Shown: one piece after another, positions 48,812 through 59,235 of the stretch
How the letters are laid out: each line of letters opens with the position of its first letter
Position numbering within the stretch: position 1 is the first letter of the stretch
Origin: Candidatus Bathyarchaeia archaeon
Lineage (GTDB): Archaea; Thermoproteota; Bathyarchaeia; Bathyarchaeales; Bathycorpusculaceae
Assembly (NCBI GenBank): GCA_038727135.1
Contig: JAVYWL010000002.1
Coordinates: forward strand, 224,001 to 288,000
Direction of reading: 5' to 3'
DNA: 64,000 nt
Made by a program: the position numbers and the translations under genes
Notes under the pieces: model-generated
What the model saw: only the letters and a program-made list of their open reading frames with translations
Told to the model about the DNA's origin: nothing
Databases searched by the model: none

Positions 48812-51022
48812 TTATTCTTCGTCTATAAACATGTCCGGCGTCGGCTTTTCCGGCGGCAACCCTTTTCTTTCGCGTATTCGCCTAACAACTTCTGAGGCTA
48901 TGTTTTCTGGGACCCTCTCCCAATGGTCAAAGGTGCACTGCCAGAAGGCATGCCCAGAGGTGGCTGAACGCATCTCAGCCGACAACCCAAAGGTTTCAGC
49001 CACTGGAATATAACCAGCAATCATCGTTAAGATGCCCCTCTGCTCCGAAGCCAGTATCTTGCCCCTTTTCCGGGTTATTATACTTATGCAATCCCCAACC
49101 CATTGAGCTGGAACAGAAACTCCAATCTTATAAACGGGTTCCAGAAGCACTGGTTTAGCTGTCAAAAAAGAGCCTAAAATCGCGCGGCGAATAGCCGGCA
49201 TAATCTGTGCTGGTCCCCGGTGGACTGGATCCTCGTGAAGTTGGGCGTCCATAAGCTTGACTTTCACTCCTCGGATGGGTTCCTCGCACAGTGGTCCAGC
49301 CCTGCAAGCCCACCTAAAACCGGCAATAATCATTTCTTTAGCTTCTCCTAGGTATTGGACGCCTTTTGTCGCGTCTATGAGGATGTTGCGGTGCTCGTCT
49401 ATAGCCCAAATGTTTCGCGCCTCCTCGGCTGGCCATCCAGCCTCCTTGAAGAGTATGTTTCCAATCTGTTTTCTCCCCATTTCTTCGGCTATTTCGCCAG
49501 CCTCTATTAGGTTTATAACCTTCTCATCCAAAGGTTCGACTTGAACCCAGAACCTGTTATGCTTATTGGGGCTTTTGGCCATGGCTACTACGCCTCTGCT
49601 AGCGACGCTTTCCCGGTAAACCACTATCGGCGTTGAGGTTATGATTTCCAATCCGCCGCCATAATCCCGAAGGAATTTCACAGCAATTTCGAGGTGAAGC
49701 TCACCCATTCCGCTCAGCAGATACTCGCCCGTTTCCCTGTTTATGGTGGTTATAAGGTTTGGGTCTTCAATGGAGAGTCTGTTCATAGCGTCCACTAGAC
49801 GCGGCAAATCCTTTGGGTGTTTTGGTTCAATGGCAATTGTTATGACGGGTTCTGAAACATACTTTATACGTTCAAAGGGAACCATGACGTCTTTGTAGGC
49901 TAAATCCACAAGGGTTTCACCAGCCCTAGCCAAATCCAATCCCAAAAGCGCCGCAATATTCCCAGCCGCTATCTTGTCAACGACTTCTCTGAAGGCGCCC
50001 ATATACATGGAAACCTGCTGAACGCGGTAGTCTTTGCGCGCACCCACAAGATAAACCTGGTCCCCCTCCTTAACAGAACCTGAGAAAAGCCTTCCAGTTG
50101 CCACCAAACCAGCGTGGGGGTCCATCTGAGCCATTGTTATGCACATGACTGTTGGTCCATTGTCGTCGCAGTTCAGCATGGCTTGCCCAATTTCAGACGA
50201 CAAATCACCTTTCCATATTCTTGGCAGCCTATACCTTTGGGCTTCTATAGGGTTTGGAATGTTCCTCACCACCATGTCTAAAATAGCGTTATGAAGCGGA
50301 ATCAGCTGCGCAAGTTTTTGGTGTTCACCGCGCATGTAAGCCTCCACTATGTCGCTGAATTTGATGTTCTTCTCCTGTGCAATTTTTAGTGTAAAGCCCC
50401 AACGGTGCAACGCAGAACCAAAAGCCACCGTCTCCTTTTGAGGGTCAACCTTCCACTTTTCCTTGAATTCTGGCTCTCCATAAAGCTCTATTAGGCTGTT
50501 GAGGTCTCTGATAATCCGCATAAACTTGTCCTGAATCTCGCTTGGAGTAAGCCTTAACTCCCGGATTAGGCGGTCAACCTTGTTAATGAATAGAACTGGG
50601 CGCACTCTCTCCTCTAGGGCTTGGCGTGTTACGGTTTCTGTTTGAACCATAACCTCCTCAACAGCATCTACGACTACCACTGCGCCGTCAATAGCCCTCA
50701 AAGCCCTTGTAACCTTACCAGTAAAGTCCACATGCCCCGGCGTATCAACCAAGTTTATGATGTATGGGCGTCCGCCAATCTCATGCAAAAGCGAAATGTT
50801 GGCGGTCTTGATGGTGATTCCGCGTTTCTGCTCTTCCTCCAAATAGTCCAAAGCCCGGGCTTCTCCGGCTATTCTGGGCGAAAGTAAGCCAGCCTCAGCC
50901 AAAAGAGAATCCGTCATAGTTGTTTTTCCATGGTCTATGTGGGCTATTATGCCAATGTTGCGGATATCCTCCTTTCTATGCATAAGCTTGAGAATTTCGC
51001 TGGTTTGCCTAAACCTTGGCAA
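48812..51022 (-). CDS. fusA: Elongation factor 2, paralog A
   Basis: AHIDHGKTT, RGITI, DTPGH, NKVD, GMGELHLE and HEDPVHRG motifs; TTG start. Confidence 0.95.
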   Translation of the reverse strand: MPRFRQTSEILKLMHRKEDIRNIGIIAHIDHGKTTMTDSLLAEAGLLSPRIAGEARALDYLEEEQKRGITIKTANISLLHEIGGRPYIINLVDTPGHVDFTGKVTRALRAIDGAVVVVDAVEEVMVQTETVTRQALEERVRPVLFINKVDRLIRELRLTPSEIQDKFMRIIRDLNSLIELYGEPEFKEKWKVDPQKETVAFGSALHRWGFTLKIAQEKNIKFSDIVEAYMRGEHQKLAQLIPLHNAILDMVVRNIPNPIEAQRYRLPRIWKGDLSSEIGQAMLNCDDNGPTVMCITMAQMDPHAGLVATGRLFSGSVKEGDQVYLVGARKDYRVQQVSMYMGAFREVVDKIAAGNIAALLGLDLARAGETLVDLAYKDVMVPFERIKYVSEPVITIAIEPKHPKDLPRLVDAMNRLSIEDPNLITTINRETGEYLLSGMGELHLEIAVKFLRDYGGGLEIITSTPIVVYRESVASRGVVAMAKSPNKHNRFWVQVEPLDEKVINLIEAGEIAEEMGRKQIGNILFKEAGWPAEEARNIWAIDEHRNILIDATKGVQYLGEAKEMIIAGFRWACRAGPLCEEPIRGVKVKLMDAQLHEDPVHRGPAQIMPAIRRAILGSFLTAKPVLLEPVYKIGVSVPAQWVGDCISIITRKRGKILASEQRGILTMIAGYIPVAETFGLSAEMRSATSGHAFWQCTFDHWERVPENIASEVVRRIRERKGLPPEKPTPDMFIDEE

Positions 51023-51245
51023 GACAGAATCCCCGGACGCTGGACTTTCAAATAACTTACAAGTTTCAAGAAACAAGGGTTTCTCGTGGTCTTAAAAGTC
51101 TTGTGGATTTCATGCAAAAAGTTAATATGGTTCAGTTTTCATTTGCATGTAGCCTAACTCTGGCAGTGGACAGTAATGTTTGCTGGAAACTATGCAGGCA
51201 ACATCCAGTTTTCAAGCTTTTGGTTAGCGTGGGGTATGTTCAACT

Positions 51246-53465
51246 ATGGGTCGTTATAGGCAGATAGAAGAAATAGTTAAACTAATGAATCAAACCGAGA
51301 GGATAAGGAACACAAGCATAATTGCGCATGTTGACCATGGTAAGACAACCCTTTCAGACAGCCTTTTGGCGGCTGCCGGCATTATAAGCGAGCAGGTCGC
51401 CGGACAGAAGCTTTTCCTAGACTCTTGGGAACTCGAGCAGAAGAGGCAGATGACGGTTTTCGCCTCCAACATAAGCCTAGTCCACACGTACAAGGGCGTT
51501 GACTACCTCATAAACCTTATAGACACGCCGGGGCACATAGACTTCAGCGGAAACGTTACAAGAAGCCTAAGGGCTGTTGACGGCGCTTTGGTGGTTGTGG
51601 ACGCTGTTGAAGGACCCATGACCCAGACTGAAACTGTTTTGATGCAAGCCCTCCGCGAGAGAGTGAAACCCATACTGTTCATTAACAAAGTTGACCGACT
51701 AATCCGAGAGTTGAAGCTAACTCCAGAAGAGATTCAGAAAAAATTTGCGAGAATAATCACGAGGATAAACAGCATAATTGAAAAGTATGCGCCGCCAGAG
51801 CATAAGAAGGACTGGCAAGTTAAGGTTGAAGACGGACGTGTCGCTTTTGGATCCGCCCTCCACAAGTGGGGCTTAAACCTACCCCACATGAAGGCTAAGG
51901 GCGTAACCTTCAAAGACATTATTGACGCCTACACTGGCGAACCGGAAGAAATCGGACGGAAAGTTGAAGCCCTAAGCAAACGCATACCCGTTTATGAGCC
52001 AGTGCTGGACATGTTTTGTGAGCACCTCCCAAGTCCGTTGGAGGCACAGCCATACAGGCAGAGCCAAATCTGGCCGGGCGACCCGAACAGCTCTGTCGGT
52101 AAAGCTATGGCTAAGGTTGACCCTAACGGTCCGCTTTTAATGTGTATTACGTTTATTGAGGTGGACCCCCACAGTGGTGTTGTCGCCATCGGAAGAGTTT
52201 TCAGCGGCACTGTTGAGAAGGGTAAAACCGTCCGCCTTGTCACAAGCCGCCAGAAGGGGAGCATACAGCAGGTCTACATGAGCATGGCAACGGACAGAGT
52301 TATAGTTGAGAGGATCCCGGCTGGAAACATTGCGGCTCTTTCTGGTTTGCCATCCATCCACGTTGGCGAAACAATAGCAGAGGAGGGCGTTGAAACCGCG
52401 CCCTTCGAAGCCCTAAAGTATGTTTCAGACCCCGTCGTCACAGTGGCTGTCGAGCCAGAAGACGTGAAAGACCTCCCATTATTCGATAAGGTTATTCATA
52501 AACTAACCCTAGAAGACCCGAACCTTCACTTCAAGATAGACAAAGAGAGCGGGCAGTACCTGCTCAGCGGCATGGGTGAACTTCACCTTGAGGTTACAGC
52601 TTACCGGATGCAGGAAGCCGGCTTAAAGGTTAGGATGAGCAAGCCCATAGTGATTTACCGTGAGACCATAAGCCGCGATTATAAGGGCCCGCCAGTTATG
52701 GGGAAGAGCCCCAACAAGCATAATAGGCTTTGGGTAACCGTTGAAAGGCTACAGCCAGAAGTTATAGAGGCTATTAAGACGGGCAAGATTAACGAGATGC
52801 AGACCCGTGACGAGCGCCAGAAAATCCTAATGAAAGAGTTCGGCTGGTCCGCTGAGGACGCCCGCAACGTAATTGCCATAGAAGGCACAAACATATTGGT
52901 CAATAGGATTAAGGGTAGGCAGTACGTGGAAGAGGTACTAGACCATGTTAGGTCTGGCTTTAGGGATGCTGTTGCCACTGGCGTTTTGGCAAAAGAGCCT
53001 ATGTACGGGCTAAAGGTAAACCTTGAAGACATCCTCATCCACGAGGACCCAGTCCACCGAGGACCAGCACAGATTTTGCCCATGACATGGCGTCCAATTT
53101 GGGGCGCCTTCCTCCTCAGCGAACCAAAACTCTTAGAGCCCATCCTAAGCTTTGAATGCAAAGTCCCAAACGACTTTGTAAGCCCGGTCATAACGCTATT
53201 GCAGAAGCGTCGGGGCAAAATCTTGGACATGGTTAACGAGGAGGACATGGTTATTGTTAAGGCTGAACTGCCAGTGGCGGAATCCTTTGGAATAGCTGAC
53301 GAGCTACGCTCTTCAACACAGGGGAGAGCCTTCTGGGCAACCCAGTTCAGCCGATGGGCACCAGTGCCGGAATCTATGCAAGCAGAAGTTATAAGGCAGA
53401 TCCGCGAACGCAAAGGCTTGCCGCCAACACCACCGAGACCAGAGGAATTCTGCGAAGAAGAGTAA
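51246..53465 (+). CDS. fusA: Elongation factor 2, paralog B
   Basis: AHVDHGKTT, RQMTV, DTPGH, NKVD, GMGELHLE and HEDPVHRG motifs. Confidence 0.95.
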   Translation: MGRYRQIEEIVKLMNQTERIRNTSIIAHVDHGKTTLSDSLLAAAGIISEQVAGQKLFLDSWELEQKRQMTVFASNISLVHTYKGVDYLINLIDTPGHIDFSGNVTRSLRAVDGALVVVDAVEGPMTQTETVLMQALRERVKPILFINKVDRLIRELKLTPEEIQKKFARIITRINSIIEKYAPPEHKKDWQVKVEDGRVAFGSALHKWGLNLPHMKAKGVTFKDIIDAYTGEPEEIGRKVEALSKRIPVYEPVLDMFCEHLPSPLEAQPYRQSQIWPGDPNSSVGKAMAKVDPNGPLLMCITFIEVDPHSGVVAIGRVFSGTVEKGKTVRLVTSRQKGSIQQVYMSMATDRVIVERIPAGNIAALSGLPSIHVGETIAEEGVETAPFEALKYVSDPVVTVAVEPEDVKDLPLFDKVIHKLTLEDPNLHFKIDKESGQYLLSGMGELHLEVTAYRMQEAGLKVRMSKPIVIYRETISRDYKGPPVMGKSPNKHNRLWVTVERLQPEVIEAIKTGKINEMQTRDERQKILMKEFGWSAEDARNVIAIEGTNILVNRIKGRQYVEEVLDHVRSGFRDAVATGVLAKEPMYGLKVNLEDILIHEDPVHRGPAQILPMTWRPIWGAFLLSEPKLLEPILSFECKVPNDFVSPVITLLQKRRGKILDMVNEEDMVIVKAELPVAESFGIADELRSSTQGRAFWATQFSRWAPVPESMQAEVIRQIRERKGLPPTPPRPEEFCEEE

Positions 53466-53534
53466 AGCCGCTATTCTTTCTCTTCCAATTTTAGCATAGC
53501 CTTTTAAGAGCACAACATAACATTTAAGAGTGAA

Positions 53535-54296
53535 ATGGAAGCTGAAAGCTTAAAGGTTTCTCTCGTAAGCCTTCGTGAAGAGCCGTTTGCCTCAGTACTA
53601 TGTTATCCAAAACCAGCCGAAGCGGAGCTTGGAAAACGCATAAAAGAGCTTAGAAGATTGGGAGTAACTGAATTGGAGTTTTGCGGGGAAAAACAAGTTT
53701 TAAGCTTGAAGGTTTTGGGCAAAGGATGTGTTGGCATAGTTGTGAAAGCCTATAGGGGCAATGAGGCGGTAGCCTTAAAAATTCGGAGGGTGGATGCTGA
53801 CCGCGCTACAATGTTGCATGAGGCTGAAATGATTGGAATAGCAAACTCTGTTAATGTTGGACCGAGGCTTTTAGGTGTGAGCAAAAACTTTCTGCTGATG
53901 CAGTTTGTGGAGGGCTTACTGCTTCCAGAATGGCTGGAAAAACGCTTAAGCAAAAAGCGCCTAAAAAATGTTTTGAGAGACATTTTGGAGCAGTGTTGGC
54001 GCCTTGACCGTGCTGGATTGGATCATGGCGAGTTAAGCCACGCCCCAAAACACATAATTGTGGACGGCCAAGACAAGCCCTTCATAGTGGACTTTGAAAC
54101 CGCCAGCCTAAACCGTAAACCATCAAACGTCACCTCGATTGCGCAGTTCCTCTTCATAAGCGGTGTTGTAGCGGAGAAAATAAGCCGAAAACTTGATGAA
54201 AAGGATAAAAAAGCCATTATTGAGGCTTTAAGGCGTTATAAAGCTGACGGAAGCCGCCAAAATTTTGAGGCACTTTTGTCGGTTTGCGGTCTCTAG
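53535..54296 (+). CDS. Archaeal Ser/Thr protein kinase-like protein (RIO/Bud32-related)
   Basis: LGKG..G.V, VALK, DHGELS and IVDFE motifs. Confidence 0.85.
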   Translation: MEAESLKVSLVSLREEPFASVLCYPKPAEAELGKRIKELRRLGVTELEFCGEKQVLSLKVLGKGCVGIVVKAYRGNEAVALKIRRVDADRATMLHEAEMIGIANSVNVGPRLLGVSKNFLLMQFVEGLLLPEWLEKRLSKKRLKNVLRDILEQCWRLDRAGLDHGELSHAPKHIIVDGQDKPFIVDFETASLNRKPSNVTSIAQFLFISGVVAEKISRKLDEKDKKAIIEALRRYKADGSRQNFEALLSVCGL

Positions 54297-54493
54297 GCGA
54301 TGTAGTCAATCTTAGATTTGGCATTTGCGTTTTGCTCGATTCTTCCTCCATCATTTATCAATTCAAGTTTTAACTCGTTCAGAAGCTGGGTTAAATCCAG
54401 CCAAGTCTCCACCTGAAGCTGTCGGGCAACCCGTCGCTTCTCGTAAAGAAGCGGAACAAAGTCAACGAAAAGCCAGCCGTAAGCCTCAGCCAA
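54293..54493 (-). CDS. Small hypothetical protein
   Basis: TTG start after purine-rich GAAGGGAGAG; 66 aa ending in DYIA. Confidence 0.45.
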   Translation of the reverse strand: MAEAYGWLFVDFVPLLYEKRRVARQLQVETWLDLTQLLNELKLELINDGGRIEQNANAKSKIDYIA

Positions 54494-54657
54494 ATGTTTT
54501 CTCTCCCTTCTCCCTTTCCCCAATTGAAAGAGAGGCTGACCATTTTATAACCATGTATGGAAAAATCTTCTAGAAGAAAAGAGCGCATGTACAATTTTAA
54601 TGGTCTTGTTGAAAAGGTTTAAAACTGGCTTTTCTGGATTTTAGCCACGGTGTTCAA

Positions 54658-56091
54658 ATGGTTATAAGCAGAGAAGAGATGCAAGAAATAGCCAAAAAAT
54701 ACAAAGAACCTATAGGGCTAAATTTGGGTTCACATTCGGCTTTAGATGCTTGGCAGGGACAGCGCAACTACGGCCTAAGAAGCATAATTTATACTACGCC
54801 TGGAAGGGCACGCATATACCTTCAGAACCCGATGGTTGGGAAGCCAGACGAACCTGTGGAAGATTTGCCAAGCCTTGTCAGGCGGGATATTCGCGTTGTA
54901 AACGATCCGAAGGACATTAAGAAAAATGGCGACTGGAAAAGCGTAATCCTAATTCTTGACCGCTACTCTGACATTGTTAAGTATGTGGATGAGCTTGTGG
55001 ATTTGGAGTGTTTGCAAATTCCGAACAGGGCTTTCTCCGTTTATGTTGGCGGAGACGAATACTGTAGTGTAATCGAAAACCAGTTTGCAGTCCCAATAGT
55101 CGGCTCAAGAACTCTCCTAAAAATTGAGAACCGTGGCGAAATTGAGAAGGATTACTACTGGTTTGCGGAGCAGGCTGGCATCCCCTACCCAAAGTCCTAC
55201 AAGTTTGAGGTTAGAAAAGGTGGAATACGGTTTAAAGAGTTTATTGACGAGCCCATGCTTTTGAAGGCGGAGCACGCCCACAGAAAATTTGAAAGGGAAT
55301 TCATATTCGCCGCAGACTCAAAAGATTTAGAGGAGAAGGTCGAAAAGGAGGTTAAGGCTGGAAACTTAAACGAAGAGTCTTTGCGCAATGCACGCGTGGA
55401 ACAAATTGTTCTAGGGCCTCATGCCAACTTTAACTTCTTCTTCTCACCATTAGATGCCAAAAGCGACTGGGGAGAGGTGGACGACTGGTTCGCTAAGCTC
55501 TACAACGTAACCATCGAAGAGGCTAGAACATGTCTAGCCAACCAGTTCCTATCCATAGACGAGCGGAGAGAAACAATCCTAGACGGCGTGAAGAGGCTTC
55601 CACTAGAGGTTCAGCAGAAGCTTAAGCGTGTTCCATCCTTTGAGGTTACAGCCCACGCCATGCTAAGCTTAAGAGAGTCCCTCCTAAAGGATGTGCAACG
55701 CTATGCGGACCGCTTCTTATTGGCGTGCAGAGAACATGAACCGCCAGGCATAATTGGCGCATGGTGCCTTCAGACGCTCATCACGTGGGACCGCATATCA
55801 AAATATGAACTGAAACCAATGGTTAAGCTGGACTACACAAGCGGCATAGAAGCCAAAACAGCCGCAGATTATGGCTTATACGATGTTCCAGAAGAACGAG
55901 ACCCATACATGCACATACCAGTAACGCAAGATGTGGCGCTGCGCCATGGCGGAGGAACTAACGTCCACATGGGCTTAGGCTCCCAATATGCCAATGCCAA
56001 ATACAAGAAGCCCATGAGCACAGGAGACCGCATAGCCCTAGAAATAAGGCGGGCATGGAAAACAAAACAACTCCACGAAATAGTAACATAG
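54658..56091 (+). CDS. purP: PurP-family ATP-grasp protein (FAICAR synthetase-like), long form
   Basis: GSHSALD, IPNRAFSVY, LRESLL, PPGIIGAW, GGGTN and GDRIALEI motifs. Confidence 0.8.
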   Translation: MVISREEMQEIAKKYKEPIGLNLGSHSALDAWQGQRNYGLRSIIYTTPGRARIYLQNPMVGKPDEPVEDLPSLVRRDIRVVNDPKDIKKNGDWKSVILILDRYSDIVKYVDELVDLECLQIPNRAFSVYVGGDEYCSVIENQFAVPIVGSRTLLKIENRGEIEKDYYWFAEQAGIPYPKSYKFEVRKGGIRFKEFIDEPMLLKAEHAHRKFEREFIFAADSKDLEEKVEKEVKAGNLNEESLRNARVEQIVLGPHANFNFFFSPLDAKSDWGEVDDWFAKLYNVTIEEARTCLANQFLSIDERRETILDGVKRLPLEVQQKLKRVPSFEVTAHAMLSLRESLLKDVQRYADRFLLACREHEPPGIIGAWCLQTLITWDRISKYELKPMVKLDYTSGIEAKTAADYGLYDVPEERDPYMHIPVTQDVALRHGGGTNVHMGLGSQYANAKYKKPMSTGDRIALEIRRAWKTKQLHEIVT

Positions 56092-56139
56092 CAATCAAAA
56101 TCTTTTAAGGAAAGCTGCTTAATATAAGCTGGGAATAAG

Positions 56140-56535
56140 ATGGCTCTTATAATAAAGGCATTTGCTACTATGTGGGCTGGAGGTCCTCCCTACATCATAA
56201 GGGACAAAGCAAGTAGCTTTTATGTTAGCCTTCCTTCAACTTATCTTTCCGAAGCATATGAGCTTACAATAGGCGACGAACTGAAGGCAAGAATTCTGAG
56301 TGTTAGCATGGATGAAAAAGAGTATCCAGAGTTTAGGGATAAAGAAATAACCCTTATTCTCTATCCCTACATTGGTCTTGACTACCTTTTCCTCTCTAAA
56401 AAAGACTGGATAGAACATTTTAGGGAATACGGTTTAGTTGGACGATTATTTTATATTACGTTAAGAATTGAAAAAGCTATCACAAAAGATGGTGCGGAAA
56501 TCCAGATCTACACGAAGAGGGACCTTGAAGTTTGA
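56140..56535 (+). CDS. Hypothetical protein, possibly AbrB-like beta fold
   Basis: FYVSLP...YELTIGD resembles AbrB/MazE motifs; AT-rich; overlaps the next gene. Confidence 0.6.
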   Translation: MALIIKAFATMWAGGPPYIIRDKASSFYVSLPSTYLSEAYELTIGDELKARILSVSMDEKEYPEFRDKEITLILYPYIGLDYLFLSKKDWIEHFREYGLVGRLFYITLRIEKAITKDGAEIQIYTKRDLEV

Positions 56536-56930
56536 ATGAAGATATTTTAAAACGAGTAGTGGATTACAGGAATAGAGCCAAACTTTACCTTAAAAATTTC
56601 GAAAAAGAAAAAGTGGAAGGGAATAAAGAAAAAGCGGGCGAGGCTTTGTGGGGTGTTATCTCTTGTCTCATAAATGCCTTAGCTCTTTTCGAATATGGTA
56701 AGCCGATACCTGATCATAAGGAACAAAGCAAATTTGCGACACAGTTTATTTTAAGCACGTATGAAGATGGGGAGGAATTAGCAAAAGCTTACAGAAATGC
56801 TGAAAAATTTCACGCCAACTTTTACCACGCTTTCCTCGATGATAAAGAGTTTGAGACTATTAGTGCTGAAATCCTTGATCTTGCGGGTCGACTAGATGCT
56901 ACATTAGTGGAAAAACTTCGAAAACTTTAA
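56532..56930 (+). CDS. PaREP1/HEPN-like protein
   Basis: KAGEALWG, H and AEKFHANFYH motifs. Confidence 0.75.
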   Translation: MNEDILKRVVDYRNRAKLYLKNFEKEKVEGNKEKAGEALWGVISCLINALALFEYGKPIPDHKEQSKFATQFILSTYEDGEELAKAYRNAEKFHANFYHAFLDDKEFETISAEILDLAGRLDATLVEKLRKL

Positions 56931-57042
56931 CATCAAAAATTTTAGAGAAGTTATAGCATTTTTCTTTCTGATTACTTCCGTGAATTTTGAGACTTCGAGA
57001 AGTTTTCAATGTTTTAACTGGCTAAGAATTATTTTAAACATT

Positions 57043-57509
57043 TCACATGGTTTCTAATTGCTGTTGCTTTTTCTTCATTTCGTTATAGAGATATTCAAAC
57101 CACTCTGCATATTGCGGATAATTAAGCTGTTTTCTGGCTTCCTCAATGTAAGGTTTGCAAGCTTCCCAATATCTTATTATCATGCCGCTGAAAAGGTCGT
57201 CCACCAAACCTATGTCAATAAGTTTTCTATGCAAAAGGACGCCAAGCCCCTCAAAGAATAAGCCTGACTCTGGTGCTATTGCGCCATATTTTTTGGCTAA
57301 TTCAGCGAATGCGGTTTCTGTTTGGCAGTCATCATGATTTGCTGCATCTCTTGCTGAAACTCCTTTTTTGAGAATGTAGCGTATAACCTCATGGCAAGGT
57401 CTATGTCTCTGCTTCTCCTTTGATGCCTAACCTGGAAAACATAGTAGACAGCGGCAATCATAACGCTTGTGGAAGCAACAACCACAGAAACCGTCTGGAT
57501 ATCAACCAC
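57043..57509 (-). pseudogene. Frameshifted DUF4760-like membrane-anchored protein
   Basis: N-half MVDIQTVS...YYVFQVRHQ and C-half FFEGLGVLLHRKLIDI...EWFEYLYNEMKK lie in different frames; shift near 57330. Confidence 0.7.
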
Positions 57510-57582
57510 TTTAACACCAAGGTAGAATTAACAAGGGTTGTATTAAAGTTAACCATACCATCGGTTGCTTGATTCCCGCCCT

Positions 57583-58632
57583 CTATAAGTTGGCACCTTC
57601 AAATTTCTTAACTATATCTGTGAGTTTTGGAACATCGAACATTTTTCTTCTCGTTATTTCGTTTGCCGCCGCCATATACATCTGGCTTATTAGCGTTTTC
57701 AGTTTTTGTTCCAGTTTTGGCGGTTGGTTTTTCACCAGTGTTCTCCAGTCTTGTACGCCTTGCTCTTTGGCTTTCTGTTTTGCTTGTTCCACTTCTTTTG
57801 CCCATTCCGTCTGTCTATAATATATGCGGGCTATTTCCTTACTGACATGCAATCCTTGATATGTGAATCTACACTCGTCCAACGTGCCAACCACGTCTGC
57901 CACCATAAGCCTTCTTTCCTCGTCGAAGGCTAACTCTATCTTGCCGTCTTCGTTTACCAAGCCCGCTTTGGCAGCTATTTCCGTGATGGTTTCATCCACT
58001 TTTAGAAGCACACTTTTTATTTCTTCCAGTTCGTTGTCTGTTAAGCCCGCCAGTTGCTGGGCTTCCCGCCATGTAAGGTAGCGGTCGCTTTCCTCAAATT
58101 TCGTGCTTACATCAAAGATTGGTTTTGCAAGCCTTTCGCCCGGTTTTGGGTAATGGTCCAAGCCCAAATCTTCAAGGGTTACCAAGCCTTGCTCAAGCCT
58201 TTTGAATACCGATGAGCCTTCTGGCAAACCATTGCGGTAAATAATTTCCAATGGAATTAGGAAGTTCCGAAGCTTGGGCGTGTAGGCACTGTAATCGTAC
58301 TTTAGTTTGCCTCTTTCCACGTGGGCTTTTGGTTTGTAAACGTTTACCAGATGAAATTCCATGATGTTTGTTGGCTTTTCCAACTCGTCAAAATGCACAA
58401 CCTTGCCCTTTTCGTCCACGAGTCCACGATAATGGGTTCTTATGCCCTTTTCTTCAAGCCTTTCAAAACAGTAAGCTCCCATTAAGCATAGGGCTGCGCC
58501 CTTTCCGTCTATGTGGTCTGGCATTTCACCCCAATCAAAAACCGAGTAGCGGTCTGAAAAGTGGAATCTGCCAATTCCCATCTGCGTTTTCGTCGGCTTT
58601 TTCACCACCTCAAGGTCTTTAACGCTGCCCAT
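57583..58632 (-). CDS. purC: SAICAR synthetase
   Basis: MGSVKD, FSDRYSVFD, IPLEIIYRN, STK, DGKIE and DVVGTLDECR motifs. Confidence 0.93.
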   Translation of the reverse strand: MGSVKDLEVVKKPTKTQMGIGRFHFSDRYSVFDWGEMPDHIDGKGAALCLMGAYCFERLEEKGIRTHYRGLVDEKGKVVHFDELEKPTNIMEFHLVNVYKPKAHVERGKLKYDYSAYTPKLRNFLIPLEIIYRNGLPEGSSVFKRLEQGLVTLEDLGLDHYPKPGERLAKPIFDVSTKFEESDRYLTWREAQQLAGLTDNELEEIKSVLLKVDETITEIAAKAGLVNEDGKIELAFDEERRLMVADVVGTLDECRFTYQGLHVSKEIARIYYRQTEWAKEVEQAKQKAKEQGVQDWRTLVKNQPPKLEQKLKTLISQMYMAAANEITRRKMFDVPKLTDIVKKFEGANL

Positions 58633-58655
58633 AACAGCGTACGCCCCTTACACGC

Positions 58656-59150
58656 CTATATCTTCAATTTTTTAACAGAATCATCTGCCCTTTCAATCTC
58701 TCCCCCTTTCTCTTTTTGGTAGGCTCTTATGCGTTCTTCAAGCTTCTTATCTTCTAAGGCTAAGATTTTTGCCGCAGCTATGGCTGCACCTTCAGCCTCA
58801 ATGGTTACAACAGAGCCTATGCCACTCGGTACCCGCAGGGAGGAGTAAATGTCTGCACCGGCAAACTTTTCAGAATAGGGTGGACAAGCAATGACGGGTT
58901 TTGTGGTGTGGGCGTCCACGAAGGCGCTTAGGGCGTTTGACCTACCCGCCACGGTTATGTAAACAACACTTTCGCTTTCATGATCCTTTAAAATTTCGAG
59001 GACTTTTTCAGGGGTTTTATGGGCTGAAGCCACCCGAAGCCTAAAATCTAAACCAAAAACCTTCAAATGTTTGGCTATTTCCTTAGCGAATTCCAAGTCC
59101 CGCTCAGAACCCATGATTACAACAACTTTTCCCGCCAATTCTATCCACAC
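58656..59150 (-). CDS. purE: AIR carboxylase / N5-CAIR mutase
   Basis: IMGS, SAHKTP, VAGRSNAL and PVIACP motifs. Confidence 0.92.
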   Translation of the reverse strand: MWIELAGKVVVIMGSERDLEFAKEIAKHLKVFGLDFRLRVASAHKTPEKVLEILKDHESESVVYITVAGRSNALSAFVDAHTTKPVIACPPYSEKFAGADIYSSLRVPSGIGSVVTIEAEGAAIAAAKILALEDKKLEERIRAYQKEKGGEIERADDSVKKLKI

Positions 59151-59235
59151 GCTTTGTTGTCAATAAATAGCCCGCGGAGGCTAATTAAATTTTTAAGCAG
59201 CCCCTTTCACGCTTAAAATTTGAGGGTGAGACTTC

